A DNA stretch of 64,000 nucleotides from Octopus sinensis (taxonomy: Eukaryota). The translations under genes were made by a program, and so were the position numbers. The number at the start of each line of letters is the position of its first letter. Position 1 is the first letter of the stretch. Under the pieces are notes generated by a model. That model saw nothing but the letters and a program-made list of their open reading frames with translations, did not search any database and had not been told where the DNA came from. Location of the stretch: positions 86,986,001-87,050,000 of the forward strand of contig NC_043004.1 in assembly GCF_006345805.1 (NCBI RefSeq). The letters run 5' to 3'. Shown piece by piece: positions 24,057 through 38,105 of this stretch.

Positions 24057-25026
24057 CACTAGCTATCATATACACAAAGTGAAGCAGAAAGTTTATGGAA
24101 GTTTAGTAGATGTGATAACAAAGTTGTCAGCTAGAATACAAACAAAATTTCATGATGCATTAGGTCCTGGGGATATAATGTCTTGGGTCCTAGCGACATA
24201 ATGTTTGATGTTAAATGAATCAGTTGAATTAGCAATCCCCCAAAAGGCATGACCAAAACAGCCGTGCCAAAACATTCCCTACTCTTCTGTACAATGATCA
24301 TAGACTATGCTGTTCGTTTAAGCCATAAAAAAAGCATGAATATATACATGTCAATGCACATGCTTGTATCTGTTTATATAGTATTTAAAAATTAAATAAA
24401 AAAAGAAAACTATTTGGTTACAAATTTTTTATCAATAATAAACCAGCCAAACCATATAATTATCATTTCTAGGTAATTAATGTTTCTATGAGGTGAATTC
24501 GGCAGTGGCTGGTTGACTTCTCATAGGGAAACAAGTGTGAACTCAGAGGTAGGCGCAACTTTACGTATGTAGTAGCTGGTAGGTACTTTATGATAATAAA
24601 TTCTTCCTTTTATTCTCCGAGCAAAGTGTGCATGACGAATAAGTTAAAAATCTTTAGCGATCATGTGGGCTTCTACCAGAGATCACTATGTTTAAGAAAT
24701 GATTTGATTAATAACCTATTGTTCTGTTTTTTTATTTGTCTTTTTAAACGATGTGTGTGTGTATTGCACTCACACGTATAGTATAAAAAGAAAGAATGCA
24801 TACTTCATATTTATATACACATATCAACAAACCTGTTCTAACTATGTCAATGTATGAGTGGATAGGTGACTTTGAAAGTGAAGATTAAACAGATTAAAAT
24901 AAAACCATTGCTTTCACATCATCAAACAACAAGTTGATTTTTATGCAAGTATTCAAGTGGTGCTATACAAAGTGTTTGTGTGTGTGTGTAAGTGTGTATG
25001 TGTGTATGTTTATACACATGTATGGG

Positions 25027-25990
25027 TGTAGGTGCAGGCATGGTTGTGTGGTAAGGAGTTTGCTTCCCAGTGGTATAGGTCCGTGTTCTGTCCCTCTGTG
25101 TGGCACCTTGGGCAAGTGTTTTCCACTACAGCCCCAGGCCAACCAAAGTCTAGTGAGTTGATTTGGCAGATGGAAACTGAAAGAAGCCCATCTCTTTTAC
25201 TTGTTTCAGTCATTTGACTGTGGCCATGCTGGAGCACCGCCTTTAGTCGAGCAAATCGACCCCAGGACTTAATCTTTTGTAAGCCTAGTACTTATTCTAT
25301 TGGTCTCTTTTGCCGAACCGCTAAGTTACAGGGGATGTAAACACATCAGCATTGGTTGTCAAGCGATGTTGGGGGGGACAAACACTTATATATATACATA
25401 TATACGATGGGCTTCTTTGAGTTTCTGCTCACCAAATTCACTCACAAGGCTTTGGTTGGCCAGAGGCTATAGTAGAAGATACTTGCCCAAAGTGCCACAC
25501 AGTGGAATTGAACCTGGACATGTGTTTTCTATAACCTTGGGCCGACCAAAGCCTTGTGAGTGGATTTGTTTGATGGAAATTGAAAGAAGCTTGTATCTGT
25601 GTGTGTGTTTTTGCGTGTTTTTGTGTCCCTATAATTTCTTTTCTTCTCTAGGCACAAAGCCCGAAATTTTCGTGGAAGGGTCCAGTTGATCAGATCAACC
25701 CCAGTACGCAACTGGTACTTAATTTATCAATCCCAAAAGGATGAACAGCAAAGTCAACCTCGACAGAATTTGAACTCAGAATGTTCAGACAGACAAAATA
25801 CCGCTAAGTATTTCACCTGGTGTGCTAATATTTCTGCCAGCTCACTGTCTGTAATTTAGCAGTTCAGCAAAAGGGACCGATAGAATAAGTACCAGGGTTA
25901 AAAAGAATTATTACTGGATTTGATTCATTCAACTCAAAATTCAAGCCAGTACCCCGGTATGGCCTTGCTCTCATGACTGATACGAGTAAA
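25027..25990. mobile_element. Nested SINE cluster: A head (+, 25027-25190), A (-, 25192-25512), A fragment (+), B (-, 25632-25848), A tail (+, 25850-25990)
   Basis: Family A and B motifs in alternating orientation. Confidence 0.75.
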
Positions 25991-26473
25991 AGAAACGATA
26001 AATAATAAAAGACAAATACACACACATACGTATGTGTGTGCATTGCCAGGTGGTGAAGGATGTTGCTTCACATGTTCTGTCCCACTTCAGGGCACCTTGG
26101 CACCTGGGGCATATGTCTGTTATTGCAGTCCAAGTTCAACCCATGACTTATTGGTGAAATTGTGTATATGGAAATTTTATAGAAGCCTGCCAGATAGACT
26201 GGACCTGTAATTCCAAGGCCTGAGAATTGCTTTAAGGATATACATATCTTTGGGATACTTAACCATTTATTAATTGAATGAGTTAGTGGTCCAGTTGAGT
26301 GAAGAACTAAGATATTCATTATTGAAAGCAACAGACACCTTTTTTTTTTGTATGTAGTAAAATGTGTGTAATGTAGTCTGTGTATGGCATGTTTATATCT
26401 ACATGCAATATATGTATGTAATGCATGTATATATATATATATATAATGCATTAATATGTGTGTGTCTCTCTCT

Positions 26474-26518
<45 letters not shown>

Positions 26519-26958
26519 GTAGTTGACTGGCCAGGTTGCCAGCTTGCCTAATGGCAAGTGGGCCCCTGCACCATTAGAATCTATATACGGTGTGCACCAC
26601 CTCGAGTTTGAGAATTTTTTATTCACTCCTGGAAGGATGTATTAATTATTTTAGCCTGGCTGTGTTTGTAGACAGTTTAAAAGAATACTTTTAACAAAAA
26701 AAAAAAAAAATGACAGCATTGAAGTTGCAGGTGGGTCCCCTTAATCTCCTGGCAACCAATATTTTTAGACCCAGTCCACCACTATATATCCCTCTCTCTC
26801 TCTTTCGGAGAGGCACAAGCACCTACACGCACATATACACACACGGCAGTAACTTCCACCTACCGAATTCAATCACAAAGCTCCGGTGAGCTCGGGGCTA
26901 TGGCGGAAGACACCTACCCAAAGTGCCACGCAGTGGGACTGAACCCGAATATATATAT

Positions 26959-27228
26959 ATATTAAAAATGGGGAAGGCTAGTTTATGGGATTACCTTAGG
27001 TTTCCTGTCCACAAAGGGTTTAGCTTTCTGGTGTATCGTCTGATCCCAGAACCTGTTGGCCTGAGACCTCTTAAAAATATGGAGGAGGAAATAATAGGTT
27101 TTGGGCCAACAGGTTTTGGGATAACAGGTTCTGGGATCTGATGATATGCCATAAAGCTAAAGCTAAACCCTTTATTGATAGGAAACTTAAGGTAATCCCA
27201 TACACCGGCCTTCCCTATTTTTAATATA
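26959..27228. mobile_element. TA-flanked long-TIR MITE (Tc1/mariner-like)
   Basis: TATTAAAAATGGGGAAGGC...GCCTTCCCTATTTTTAATA, arms ~100 bp; second copy at 50444. Confidence 0.75.
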
Positions 27229-27992
27229 TACTGCTCTATATATTAGTGTACCTCTTTCAGATTTATGTTTTGCACATATAGTTATGCATGTAATGTGTAT
27301 ACGGTATATATATTTATATATACATATATTATGTACTTGTAATATATGTATAATGTATGTAATATAATGTTACTAATGTATGTATAAATGATTACATTTA
27401 CACATACATTACTAATATTACATTATACACATTACACGTATGTTACATGTATACATTATGTATGTATATATAAATATATTATGTATGTATATATAAATAT
27501 ATTATGTATGTATATATAAATATATATACCTCACAGACATACATTGCATGTTGTATGCCATGTCTTTATGTGTGTGTGTGTGTGTGTGTCTATGTTTGTA
27601 GGATATGTTCTGTATAATTTCACATAGATATGATCAATATTTTATGTGGTGAATATTTCATGAATTTCAATAAGGTATAATTCAGTTATTTCATTCACTC
27701 AGTGTATTATTGTATAAGAGGCTTCTACACAGTTTCCATGTATGTAATTACTCTCATAAGGCATTGAATGGTTGCATGTTATAGGGCAAGCTGCTTCCTC
27801 ATCATATTGTAGTATTGAACCTGAGATCTCACAAATACAAAGCAAAATGCCACGCCTACACCAATGTGTAGTTTGTGTGTTTGTGTGAAATCATGAAAAA
27901 TAAACAAATCTATCTACTTGACACAACATACTGAGTTTTATTTCAGGTAATGTTTGCAGATGTAAAGTATATTTAATACACTTCACAAAATA

Positions 27993-28919
27993 ATGTATAT
28001 AACGTATATGTATGTGTATTTGGATTTATGTATATGAATGCATATATGTGTATATGGATGTAAATGTGTATATATGTATGTGTATTTGTGTATATATATG
28101 TGTATTTATGTAAATGTATGTATATGTGTGCATGTATGTAAATGTATGTATATGTGTGTACGCAAATGTATGTATATGTGTGTATGTATGTAAATATATG
28201 TATATGTATGTATGTACGTAAATATATATATATGTATATGCGTGTATGTATGTAAAGATATATATGCGTGTATGTATGTAAAGATATATATGTATGTATG
28301 TAAATATATATGTGTGTATGTATATGTGTGCATGTATGTGTATGTATGTATATGTGTGCATGTATGTAAATGTATGTATATGTATGTGTGTATGTAAATG
28401 TATATAAATACATACGTAAATGTATGTATATGTGTGTATGCATGTAAATGTATGTATATATGTGTATGTATGTAAATGTATATATATGTATATGTGTATA
28501 TGTAGATGTATATATGTATGTGTGTGTATGTAAATGTATGTATATATATGTAAATGTATGTATATATATGTATATGTGTGTATCTAAATATATGTATATG
28601 TATGTAAATATATATATATATATATATACATATATGTATGTAGGTAGGTATATGTATGTATGTAGGTATATGTGTGTATGTATGTATATATATATATGTG
28701 TGTATGTATGTAAATACATATATATTTATATATGTATGTGTGTATGTATGTAAAGATATATATATGTATATGTATGTATGTAAATATATATATATATATA
28801 TGTGTGTATGTATTTAAATGTATATGTGTGTGTGTTTGTATATATGTATGCATATATATATATGCGTGTGTATGAATATGTATCTGTTTGTGTATAATTG
28901 AGTGTGCACGAATGTATAC

Positions 28920-28967
<48 letters not shown>
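27993..28967. repeat. Compound (TA/TG/TATG)n microsatellite field
   Basis: Seen directly; TG-rich on the + strand. Confidence 0.95.
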
Positions 28968-28968
<1 letters not shown>

Positions 28969-31162
28969 GACCTATTATCAAGAGGGCTTCGATCAAGACC
29001 ATTTTGGGTTTCCTTTAAGGCATAGATTATCTATGACTTCTTTATATGCATCCTTTTTTAATGTAGCATGTGATTTGAGGGAGAGATAAGTGGTTGTTCT
29101 TTGTATGTCGAGAGCTGCCGCATTGTCACCCTTTCAGAGACTCGTGATTTAGTGTATGTGCGTGTGTGTTTGTGGTGTGTTTATAGGTGTGTTCCTATAT
29201 GCAAATCAGTTTGTATATATATGTGTGAGTGTTTGTGTTTGTAATGTGTGTTTGTGTGTAAGTATTTAATATGTAACACATTCATGTGATGATACACGCT
29301 CGCATTTACACATATATCGATGCAACTATTCCTTTCTACAGTTGCTTACAAACAACGTCCCTCCCACCTCTCGTATTTGTTTATAATCGCAATGATCAAC
29401 AAGTATAACTTTTAAAAGCAATTTATCTTTTTATATTATTGTAAATTTGCACTGATGTATTTTTCTTTTCCAATGATTGATACACTGCGCTTTCTACTGT
29501 AGTAGAGCGGGACAATTTCATGAGGAATCCGCTTGTCTTCTGCTACTATTTTGTGACTATAGAATATTACAATGTGCTTCGAAGAGGCGGAGATTAGATT
29601 GTTTAATTATATGCAGTTTATATTTTAAAGCATGTAAATTTATTATTTGTCTTTCATATAATTCATTTCAATAAATTGAAAGTTTGATCATATTTCTTTC
29701 ATTCTTTTTTCTTTCTTTCTTTCTGCATTGTTTTTTTTTACTGTTTTGATTCCCCTCATACAAACACCACCTTGATCAACTACAAGTGTTTCCACTTGTT
29801 GGTGGAAGCTAGTTCCCACCCATCTGTCCTAAATTTCGTGTTTTCTCTCTATCCTGCTTCTGTCACTCTATTTCATTGATTTATTGCATTCTTGAAAACT
29901 GTTCGTTCATTCCAAGCAACCTCCCCACAGACCAGAATCTCTTTTCGGTCACCGTATATCTCTATTTTCGCCGACACCCTACCTACAATTTTTTCTTATT
30001 TAGACCGAGACATGTGCTAAGAACTGCTCAAAAGCTAAACTGACTGATCCTCAGAATTATCCAAACACCTCTCTGTACATTTTCTATGTTTTTAACCATC
30101 ACCAAGTAGCAAGTGTGCCAGCCATCATTCATTGCTAATCAGATCAAGTGTTGGTTATAACTTTGAACTACTGACTGCCGCTTATAACTAACTTCCATCA
30201 CAACTGCGTTGTCTCTTCATGCCGATTGTTGAATAGTCAAATTTTGCCCTTTAGTTAACGGTGTATTTCTCAAAAATGTTACCTATGGATACTTCAACTC
30301 TTCCAGCTATGGTGCAGAAGCCTGCAACACTTCTGGGAAATAAGCTTTTTCAGGTATTATAAAAAAAAAAAATTAATTTTTTTATTTTGTTAACATTACT
30401 TTCACTTGTGAATTTTCTGTCATGATATTGATTGAGTATCTTCAAAAAGCTTGTCATTCATTCAGTGTCAACCCTTCCTCTCCCCTATACTACTTCCTCT
30501 GTTTCCGCCTCCTTATAATTTGCTTGTCATTTCAATTTTTTTTTGTGTTGACTCTCTCATTTGTGCGTATATGTATCACTATTTCTCACCTCCTTTCACT
30601 TTCTCTTATCTCATTGCTCCCTCTCGTGTAGTCAGCAGCACTAAAAAAGCTTCACTTCAACGTCACTCGATTCATCTCTTTTACCTTAATGTTAGAGTGA
30701 ATTAGTTATTTGTATATACCTTTGCGAGAGATTTCACTGTCTGCTTTTCTAAATTTCAGATATTCTTAATTTATTTCTTTAGAACTGATAACGATAACTT
30801 TATAATTAATTAGCTCATTAAAGCAGTAATATCACGAATAAAATCTCAGTGATCCGAGCTATAAATAACAAACCAACAGTTAGAGTGATTCTTTGTTTTT
30901 ATAAGAAAGAAATGTTTGTTTCTAATTATTCATTTAGCAAAAACTGTTTTTGTTTGTCTGTGGGGGAGGTATATTATATTTAGGAAAAGAAATAATATAT
31001 TCATTCAAAATTACTGGAATTGCATAGCGTTTGTTTCATTTATTTATAAAATTGTGTCGGTATATATAAAATACGTGTGTGTTTATATATTTATGTATAT
31101 AAAATGTTTAATGTAGACATTAGCTTACGTTTTCCCTTACACTTAGTAACTGAAACAGACGA

Positions 31163-31845
31163 ATATATATGTGTGTATGTATGTATATATATATGTGTGT
31201 GTGTATGTATGTATATATATATGTGTGTGTGTGTATGTATATATATGTGTGTATGTATGTATATATGTGTGTGTGTATGTATGTATATATATGTGTGTGT
31301 GTGTATGTATATATATGTGTGTGTGTATGTATGTATATATATGTGTGTGTATGTATGTATATATATGTGTGTGTATGTATGTATATATATATATGTGTGT
31401 GTATGTATATATATATATATGTGTGTGTATGTATTTATATATATGTGTGTATGTATGTATATATATGTGTATGTATGTATATGTGTGTGTGTGTATGTAT
31501 ATGTGTGTGTGTGTATGTATATATATGTGTGTGTGTATGTATGTATATATATGTGTGTGTATGTATGTATATATATGTGTGTGTATGTATGTATATATAT
31601 ATGTGTGTATGTATTTATATATATATATATGTGTGTGTGTGTATGTATTTATATATATATATATGTGTGTGTGTATGTATGTATATATGTGTGTGTATGT
31701 ATTTATGTATATATATGTGTGTGTGTGTATGTATGTATATATGTGTGTGTATGTATGTATATATATATGTGTGTGTATGTATGTATATATATATATGTGT
31801 GTGTATGTATGTATATATATGTGTATGTATGTATATATATATATG
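31163..31845. repeat. Compound (TA/TG/TATG)n microsatellite field
   Basis: Seen directly. Confidence 0.95.
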
Positions 31846-32221
31846 CTGACTTATTTATAGTGAGACATGTTTTAAAAACAATTTTCTGTGGTATATGACA
31901 AACTTTATTTAAAATATACCACATAAATAATGGTTTACATTAATTGTATTAGCATAATATAGTGATAACTTAATAAATGGACCCAGGTGAAGGACCTGTT
32001 AATCGCACAACGATATTGGTGGAATATATACCACGCGCGCGCGCGCACGATTGTATATGTGTATTCTATAAATAGAAATTTTCACTACATGAATATAGGA
32101 AGAGAAAATTGGAAGATGATGTTGTGTAACATGTAATGTATAACAATTAAATGTGTAGTAACTTTAACCTAGACATACATTAAAAAAATTGATCTTAAAG
32201 CTAGGCATTTAGAATGGTGCA

Positions 32222-32738
32222 GTGTTTGTGTGTGTGTGTGCATATATATATATATATATATGTATATGTGTGTGCATATATGTTTATGTGTGCATATATA
32301 TATGTATGTGTGTGTGCATATATATGTGTGTGTGCATATATATGTATGTGTGTTTGCATATATGTATATGTGTGTGTGCATATATGTATGTGTGTGTGTG
32401 CATATATATATATGTATGTGTGTGTATATATATATATGTATGTGTGTGTATATATATATATATGTATATGTGTGTATATGTGTATATATATATATGTATG
32501 TGTGTGTGTATATGTACGTGTATATATATATATCATATATATATGTGTGTGTATGTGTCTATATATGTGTGTGTGTGTCTATATATGTGTGTGTGTCTAT
32601 ATATATGTGTGTGTGTGTGTGTGTATATATATGTGTGTGTGTGTGTGTGTGTGCGTCTATATATGTGTGTGTGGGTGTGTCTATATATGTGTGAGTGTGT
32701 ATGTGTGTGTGTCTATATATGTGTGAGTGTGTGTGTGT
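32222..32738. repeat. Compound (TG/TA)n microsatellite field
   Basis: Seen directly. Confidence 0.95.
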
Positions 32739-33264
32739 ATTTTCATTCAATTTGTTGAATGGAATCTTATGACAGTGCATAAAAAACTCTTTCCTTAATT
32801 TCATGCTACTCTCAAATAACGAGCACGTGAGATTATCTTGTCGAAAGTTCAACTCCAACACAGATACTTCTAATTTCTAAATTCTTGGTATTCACGAAAA
32901 ATTTCAAAATTGGATGCATTTGTCTGTGATGAATAGAATCTTAAACTTTAGTTGTCGTCTTTTCCAGTAATAATTGGAAAGGTTCAGCTATCAAGCTAAC
33001 AACCAGAAGATCGCATTTTGCCTCCGATTGTCACGCGTTCTATTCCGATCAGTCTCAGATATGATTAAAATTGAATTATATTGAAGGTTTTACTGTTTTC
33101 GTTTTCGTAGATACTAAGTTTGTCGTTTGTTGTCAAAATGTATTTTATAAAAGTCTTTTATTCTTTATACACACTCATTTCCATGAAGAAAATACGTGCA
33201 CCTTATTTGTGCAGCAACTGTCACAATTCTATTTTTCAATAGCAATTTTAGCTTGTCATACATT

Positions 33265-33589
33265 TTTGTATGTGTGTGTGTGGGCATATATGTGTGTATG
33301 TGTATATATATATGTGTGTTATATGTGTGTGTGTATATATGTGTGTACGTGTGTATATATATATATATGTGTGTGACTGTGTATATATATATATGTGTGT
33401 GTGTGTGTTCATGTATGTATGTGAGTATATGTGTAATATGTGTGTGTATATGTGTATATGTATGTATATATGTGTGTGTATATAATGTGTGAGTGTAAGT
33501 ATATATGTGTGTGTGCGTGTATATATATTTATATATATATATATGAATGTGTATATATACACATATATATGCATATTTATAGACACATT

Positions 33590-33643
<54 letters not shown>

Positions 33644-33665
33644 CATACATTCACACACACACACG
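33265..33665. repeat. Compound (TG/TA)n microsatellite field
   Basis: Seen directly. Confidence 0.95.
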
Positions 33666-34318
33666 TATCTGCCACTGTTCATAACATTCCACTCCACTTA
33701 CAGCCTGAACATCATCTCTCTACTTTCTCATCTATCTTCAGATTTATGATGCTGTTGCTCTTCACACCTCTTATGCCACTGCTTGTAATCTCCCCTATTG
33801 TATTCCTCTCACCTCCCCCCTCCATACTGATATTTACCGCCAACCCCCATTTCTAACTGTTCACCACTCACTACATTAACCTCTAGCCCCCATCTTGAAC
33901 CATCTGTCAGTCTCCTCCCACACTCTTATGAAATTATCCACTTCCACCCTGACCCTTTCATGATCTGTTATCTATATACTCCCTTATATTCACCTTCTCG
34001 TACTTTGAGAGTATGCTCTGGGACCTCATCGCTACCATCTTTATCTCCCTTCCATCTACTCTCACCCATGCTCACATAATGTGAGGTAGCCATGTATCTC
34101 CTCTGTAGCAAGACACTGGTGCCTCTTCTGCTATTTCACTAGTGCTGGTGTCATGAAATGCACGTAGTACACACTGAATAGTTGTTGGCATTAGAAAAAG
34201 CACCCAGCCTTAGAAATCAGGTCAGAGCTGGCATTTGGGCCTGACACAGCCTTATCAAATCCTGTCAAAATGTCCAATCTATCCAGCATGGAAAATAGAT
34301 GTTAAATTGTGATTATTT

Positions 34319-34319
<1 letters not shown>

Positions 34320-34370
<51 letters not shown>

Positions 34371-34392
34371 TATATGTGTGTGTGTGTGTGTA

Positions 34393-34425
<33 letters not shown>

Positions 34426-34878
34426 ATATATGTGTGTGTGTGTATGTATATATGTGTATATATATGTGTGTGTGTGTATATATATGTGTGTGTGTGTATG
34501 TGTATATATGTGTATATATATGTGTGTGTGTGTGTATATATGTGTATATATATGTGTGTGTATATATGTGTATATATGTGTGTGTGTGTGTATATATGTG
34601 TATATATATATGTGTGTGTGTGTATATGTGTATATATGTGTATATGTATGTATATATATATATGTGTATATGTATGTATATATATATATGTGTATATGTA
34701 TGTATATATATATATATGTGTATATGTATGTATATATATATATATGTGTATATGTATGTATATATGTGTATATGTATGTATATATATATATATATGTGTA
34801 TATGTATGAATATATATATATATGTGTGTATGTATATATATATGTGTATATGTATGTATATATATATGTATATAAATG

Positions 34879-34914
<36 letters not shown>

Positions 34915-34982
34915 GTATATAAATGTATGAATGTATATAAATGTATGTATATATATATATATATATGTATATAAATGTATGA

Positions 34983-35026
<44 letters not shown>

Positions 35027-35472
35027 ATATGTATGTATGTATATATGTATGTATGTATATATGTATATATGTATATATGTATGTATGTATATATGTATGT
35101 ATGTATATATGTATGTATATATATGTATGTATGTATATATGTATGTATGTATATATGTATGTATATATGTATGTATGTATATATGTATGTATATATGTAT
35201 ATGTATATATGTATGTATGTATATATGTATGTATATATATATGTATTATATATATGTATGTATATATATGTTGTATGTATATATGTATGTATATATATGT
35301 ATGTATGTATATATAATATATATGTATGTATATATATGTATGTATGTATATATATGTTTGTATGTATGTATATATATGTTTGTATGTATGTATATATATG
35401 TTTGTATGTATGTATGTATATATATGTTTGTATATATATATATATATGTATTTATGTATTTATGTATGTGCG
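34320..35472. repeat. Compound (TG)n to (TATG/TA)n microsatellite field (~1.15 kb)
   Basis: Seen directly. Confidence 0.95.
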
Positions 35473-35707
35473 TGCATGAGTTGTCTAAGAGACCATAAGT
35501 CAGGGAAAAGATGTACTTGTAACGGCCTAAATTGTAACTGTTGGTTCTTAGGAAGGCTGCAATGCTCGTTTAAGGATCACCAGTGTAACGAAAATATGTT
35601 TTGGTGCAGTTACCAATTGTAACGGTTGATATTTGATTTGGTACACAATATTATGATGAAATATTGGAGTCAGCAGTTGTGATGATAAGTTTGTTATTAA
35701 AACGGCA

Positions 35708-36143
35708 TGTTGTAAAATGTGTAAGATGGAACAAAGTGCATGAAGTTCAAATGAAATGTTTATTTACCGTTATGTTTCAAATACCTTGCCTCGACGGGCA
35801 GGTTGTGATAAATCCAAAAGCATGCGAAGTAAAGTTAGATGTAGGAGAATTTTTTATGCTTGGTTTGGCGTACACAAATTGTTAGTAGTAGACAGATAGA
35901 ATGATGTTGTAAGAGAACAGATTTGGAGCTAGTGAGAGTGAGAGAGTGTGGGACGTTGTCTTTCTTTTCCCTCTGGCCGTGTTGTCCGACAGTAAACTTC
36001 ATTTCTCCCTCTGACCAAGGTTCTAGCTGGTCGGCCAGACTACGTTCTCGCTGAGTTGTCACCACTCGGTGACTAACTGATTTTTGCTTGGGATGTGCTT
36101 GCTTATATTAAGATCCAGAAGGATAGATATATCATTTAGAACA
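35708..36143 (-). mobile_element. Possible solo LTR
   Basis: On the minus strand: TGTT...AACA ends, TATAAG near 36105, AATAAA near 35760, CpG retained. No target-site duplication found. Confidence 0.4.
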
Positions 36144-36404
36144 ATAGATTTAGTTGGTGGTCGTGTTATCTATTCTAGCTTTTGGTGAAGTAGAAGAGGT
36201 TAGAAAGGGTCAAGTGGTGAAGACATTATTTTGGCTAGCTAAAGGCATCTGGAAAATGTAAAAACTGCTGTCAGAAAAAAACCATTGTTCCACTGTGGGA
36301 AAAGTTCTGTAGCAGTGTTGATTTAAATTTGGCTTTGTTTAGATCGAATCCACATCATGCATGCAGGATTCGCTACATACTCATATATCTGTCAGTAGAG
36401 TGGG

Positions 36405-36577
36405 TGGCTGGTCTTACCAATCAGTTTCATGTAAGGAATACAATGGAGTGTTGGGTAACAAACCAATTATATAACTTTACACTCATCAGATGTGTGTAAA
36501 GTTTTATAATTGGGTAACAAACGTTACCTAACACTCCATTGTATTCGTTACGTGAAACCGATTGGTAAGACCAGCCA
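36405..36577. repeat. 173-bp near-perfect palindrome (hairpin MITE-like)
   Basis: 36405-36459 pairs with 36523-36577; 36463-36482 pairs with 36494-36513; 11-nt loop. Confidence 0.9.
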
Positions 36578-36627
36578 TGATGGATATTTAATACTATACA
36601 TTTTGGATAATGTATGTATGTATGTAT

Positions 36628-37076
36628 ATCATCATCATCACCATTTAGTGTCTGCTTTCCATGCTAGCATGGGTTGGACGGTTCAACTGGGGTCTGGGAA
36701 GCCAGAAGGTTGCACTAGGCCCAGTCTGATCTGGCAATATTTCTATGGCTGGATGCCTTTCCTAACGCCAACCACTCCATGAGTGTAGTGGGTGCTTTTT
36801 ATGTGCCGCCGGCACAGGTGCCAGACGAGGCTTGCAAACGTCCACAATCGGATGGTGCTTTTTATGTGCCACCGGCACGGAGGCCAGGCAGGGCTGGCAA
36901 CAGCCACGATCGGATGGTGCTTTTTACGTGCCACCAGCACGGAGGCCAGTCGGGGCGGCGCTGGCAACGGCCACGTTCGGATGGTTCTCTTACGTGCCAC
37001 CGGCACTGGTATCACAGCTACAATTTCCATTGATTTCAATTTTGATTTTGATTTTCACTTGCCTCAACAGGTCTTA
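36628..37076 (-). mobile_element. RTE 3' UTR fragment with 3 minisatellite units plus a partial
   Basis: Aligns to 15954-16565; unit starts at 36801, 36864, 36926 and 36992. Confidence 0.85.
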
Positions 37077-37664
37077 TATATATTTTAATGTAGTCATCAC
37101 CTACTCTCCCCTACCTTCCCTCTATTTATCATCAACACTCCTTAACACTTGTTCTTCATGATATTTGCCCTGTCACCCATTCCCTATCTCTCATGTTTGC
37201 AACCACTACCAACATTCATTCACTGTTCTTCTGTTCACCTTTTACCTTGAGGGTCCAGCATTGCACTTCATCAACACTATCATCTTGCTTTCCAGTCCCA
37301 TCTTGGCTACTTCCACTCATTCTTCCATGATGTGAGTAGCATTATAGCTGTTCTATAGTGAGAAACCTATTTTGTTCTTATCCCTTTTCATAGTTGAACT
37401 TCCTAAAGCTTAGCAGAGAGTTTCTTTCTCTATAAGAGTCACACTCAGTTGAAAATCTTATTTTTGTGAGCTTCATTGTGACTTCACTAGTATTGGAACC
37501 AGGAGAGAAAGCAGCCAATATGGTCTGTGAAATGGTTGGCATTAGGAAGAGCACCCAGCAATAGAAACTATGCCAAAATGGAGATTGCAACACCATGCAG
37601 TTCTCAGGCCTGTCAGATACTGTCAGTTATCTGAAACCATTCCAGTATGGAAGTTGAATGATAA

Positions 37665-38048
37665 TGATGTCTATGTATATATATATATATGTGCATGTGT
37701 GTGTATGCATGTATGTGTGCATGTGTGTTTATAAATGTATACATAAGTGTATAGTTATGTTAGTGTGTATATATGTATATTTGTTTGTGTTTGTGTGTGT
37801 ATTTATGTTTGTGTATGTATGTGTTTTTGTATGTATGTGTGTTTTTGTATGTATGTGTGTGTGTTTTTGTATGTATGTGTGTGTGTGTTTGTATATGTGT
37901 GTGTGTTTGCGTATGTATGTGTATGTGTTTTATGTGTGTGTGTTTATATATGTGTGTGTGTTTATACATGTGTGTGTGTTTATACATGTGTGTGTGTTTG
38001 TATATATGTGTGTGTGTATTTGTATATATATATGTGTGTGTGTTTGTG

Positions 38049-38079
<31 letters not shown>

Positions 38080-38105
38080 GAATATATGCATATATATATA
38101 TATAA
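37665..38105. repeat. Compound (TG/TA)n microsatellite field with T-rich variants
   Basis: Seen directly. Confidence 0.95.

Noticed and set aside
27935-27955. TTTCAG|GTAATG as a recursive splice site (similar motif at ~24465)
   Set aside because: Expected by chance in AT-rich DNA, and the host gene strand is unknown.
30040-30350. CR1/L2-like RT trace (DPQNYPNTSL)
   Set aside because: A single degenerate motif is insufficient.
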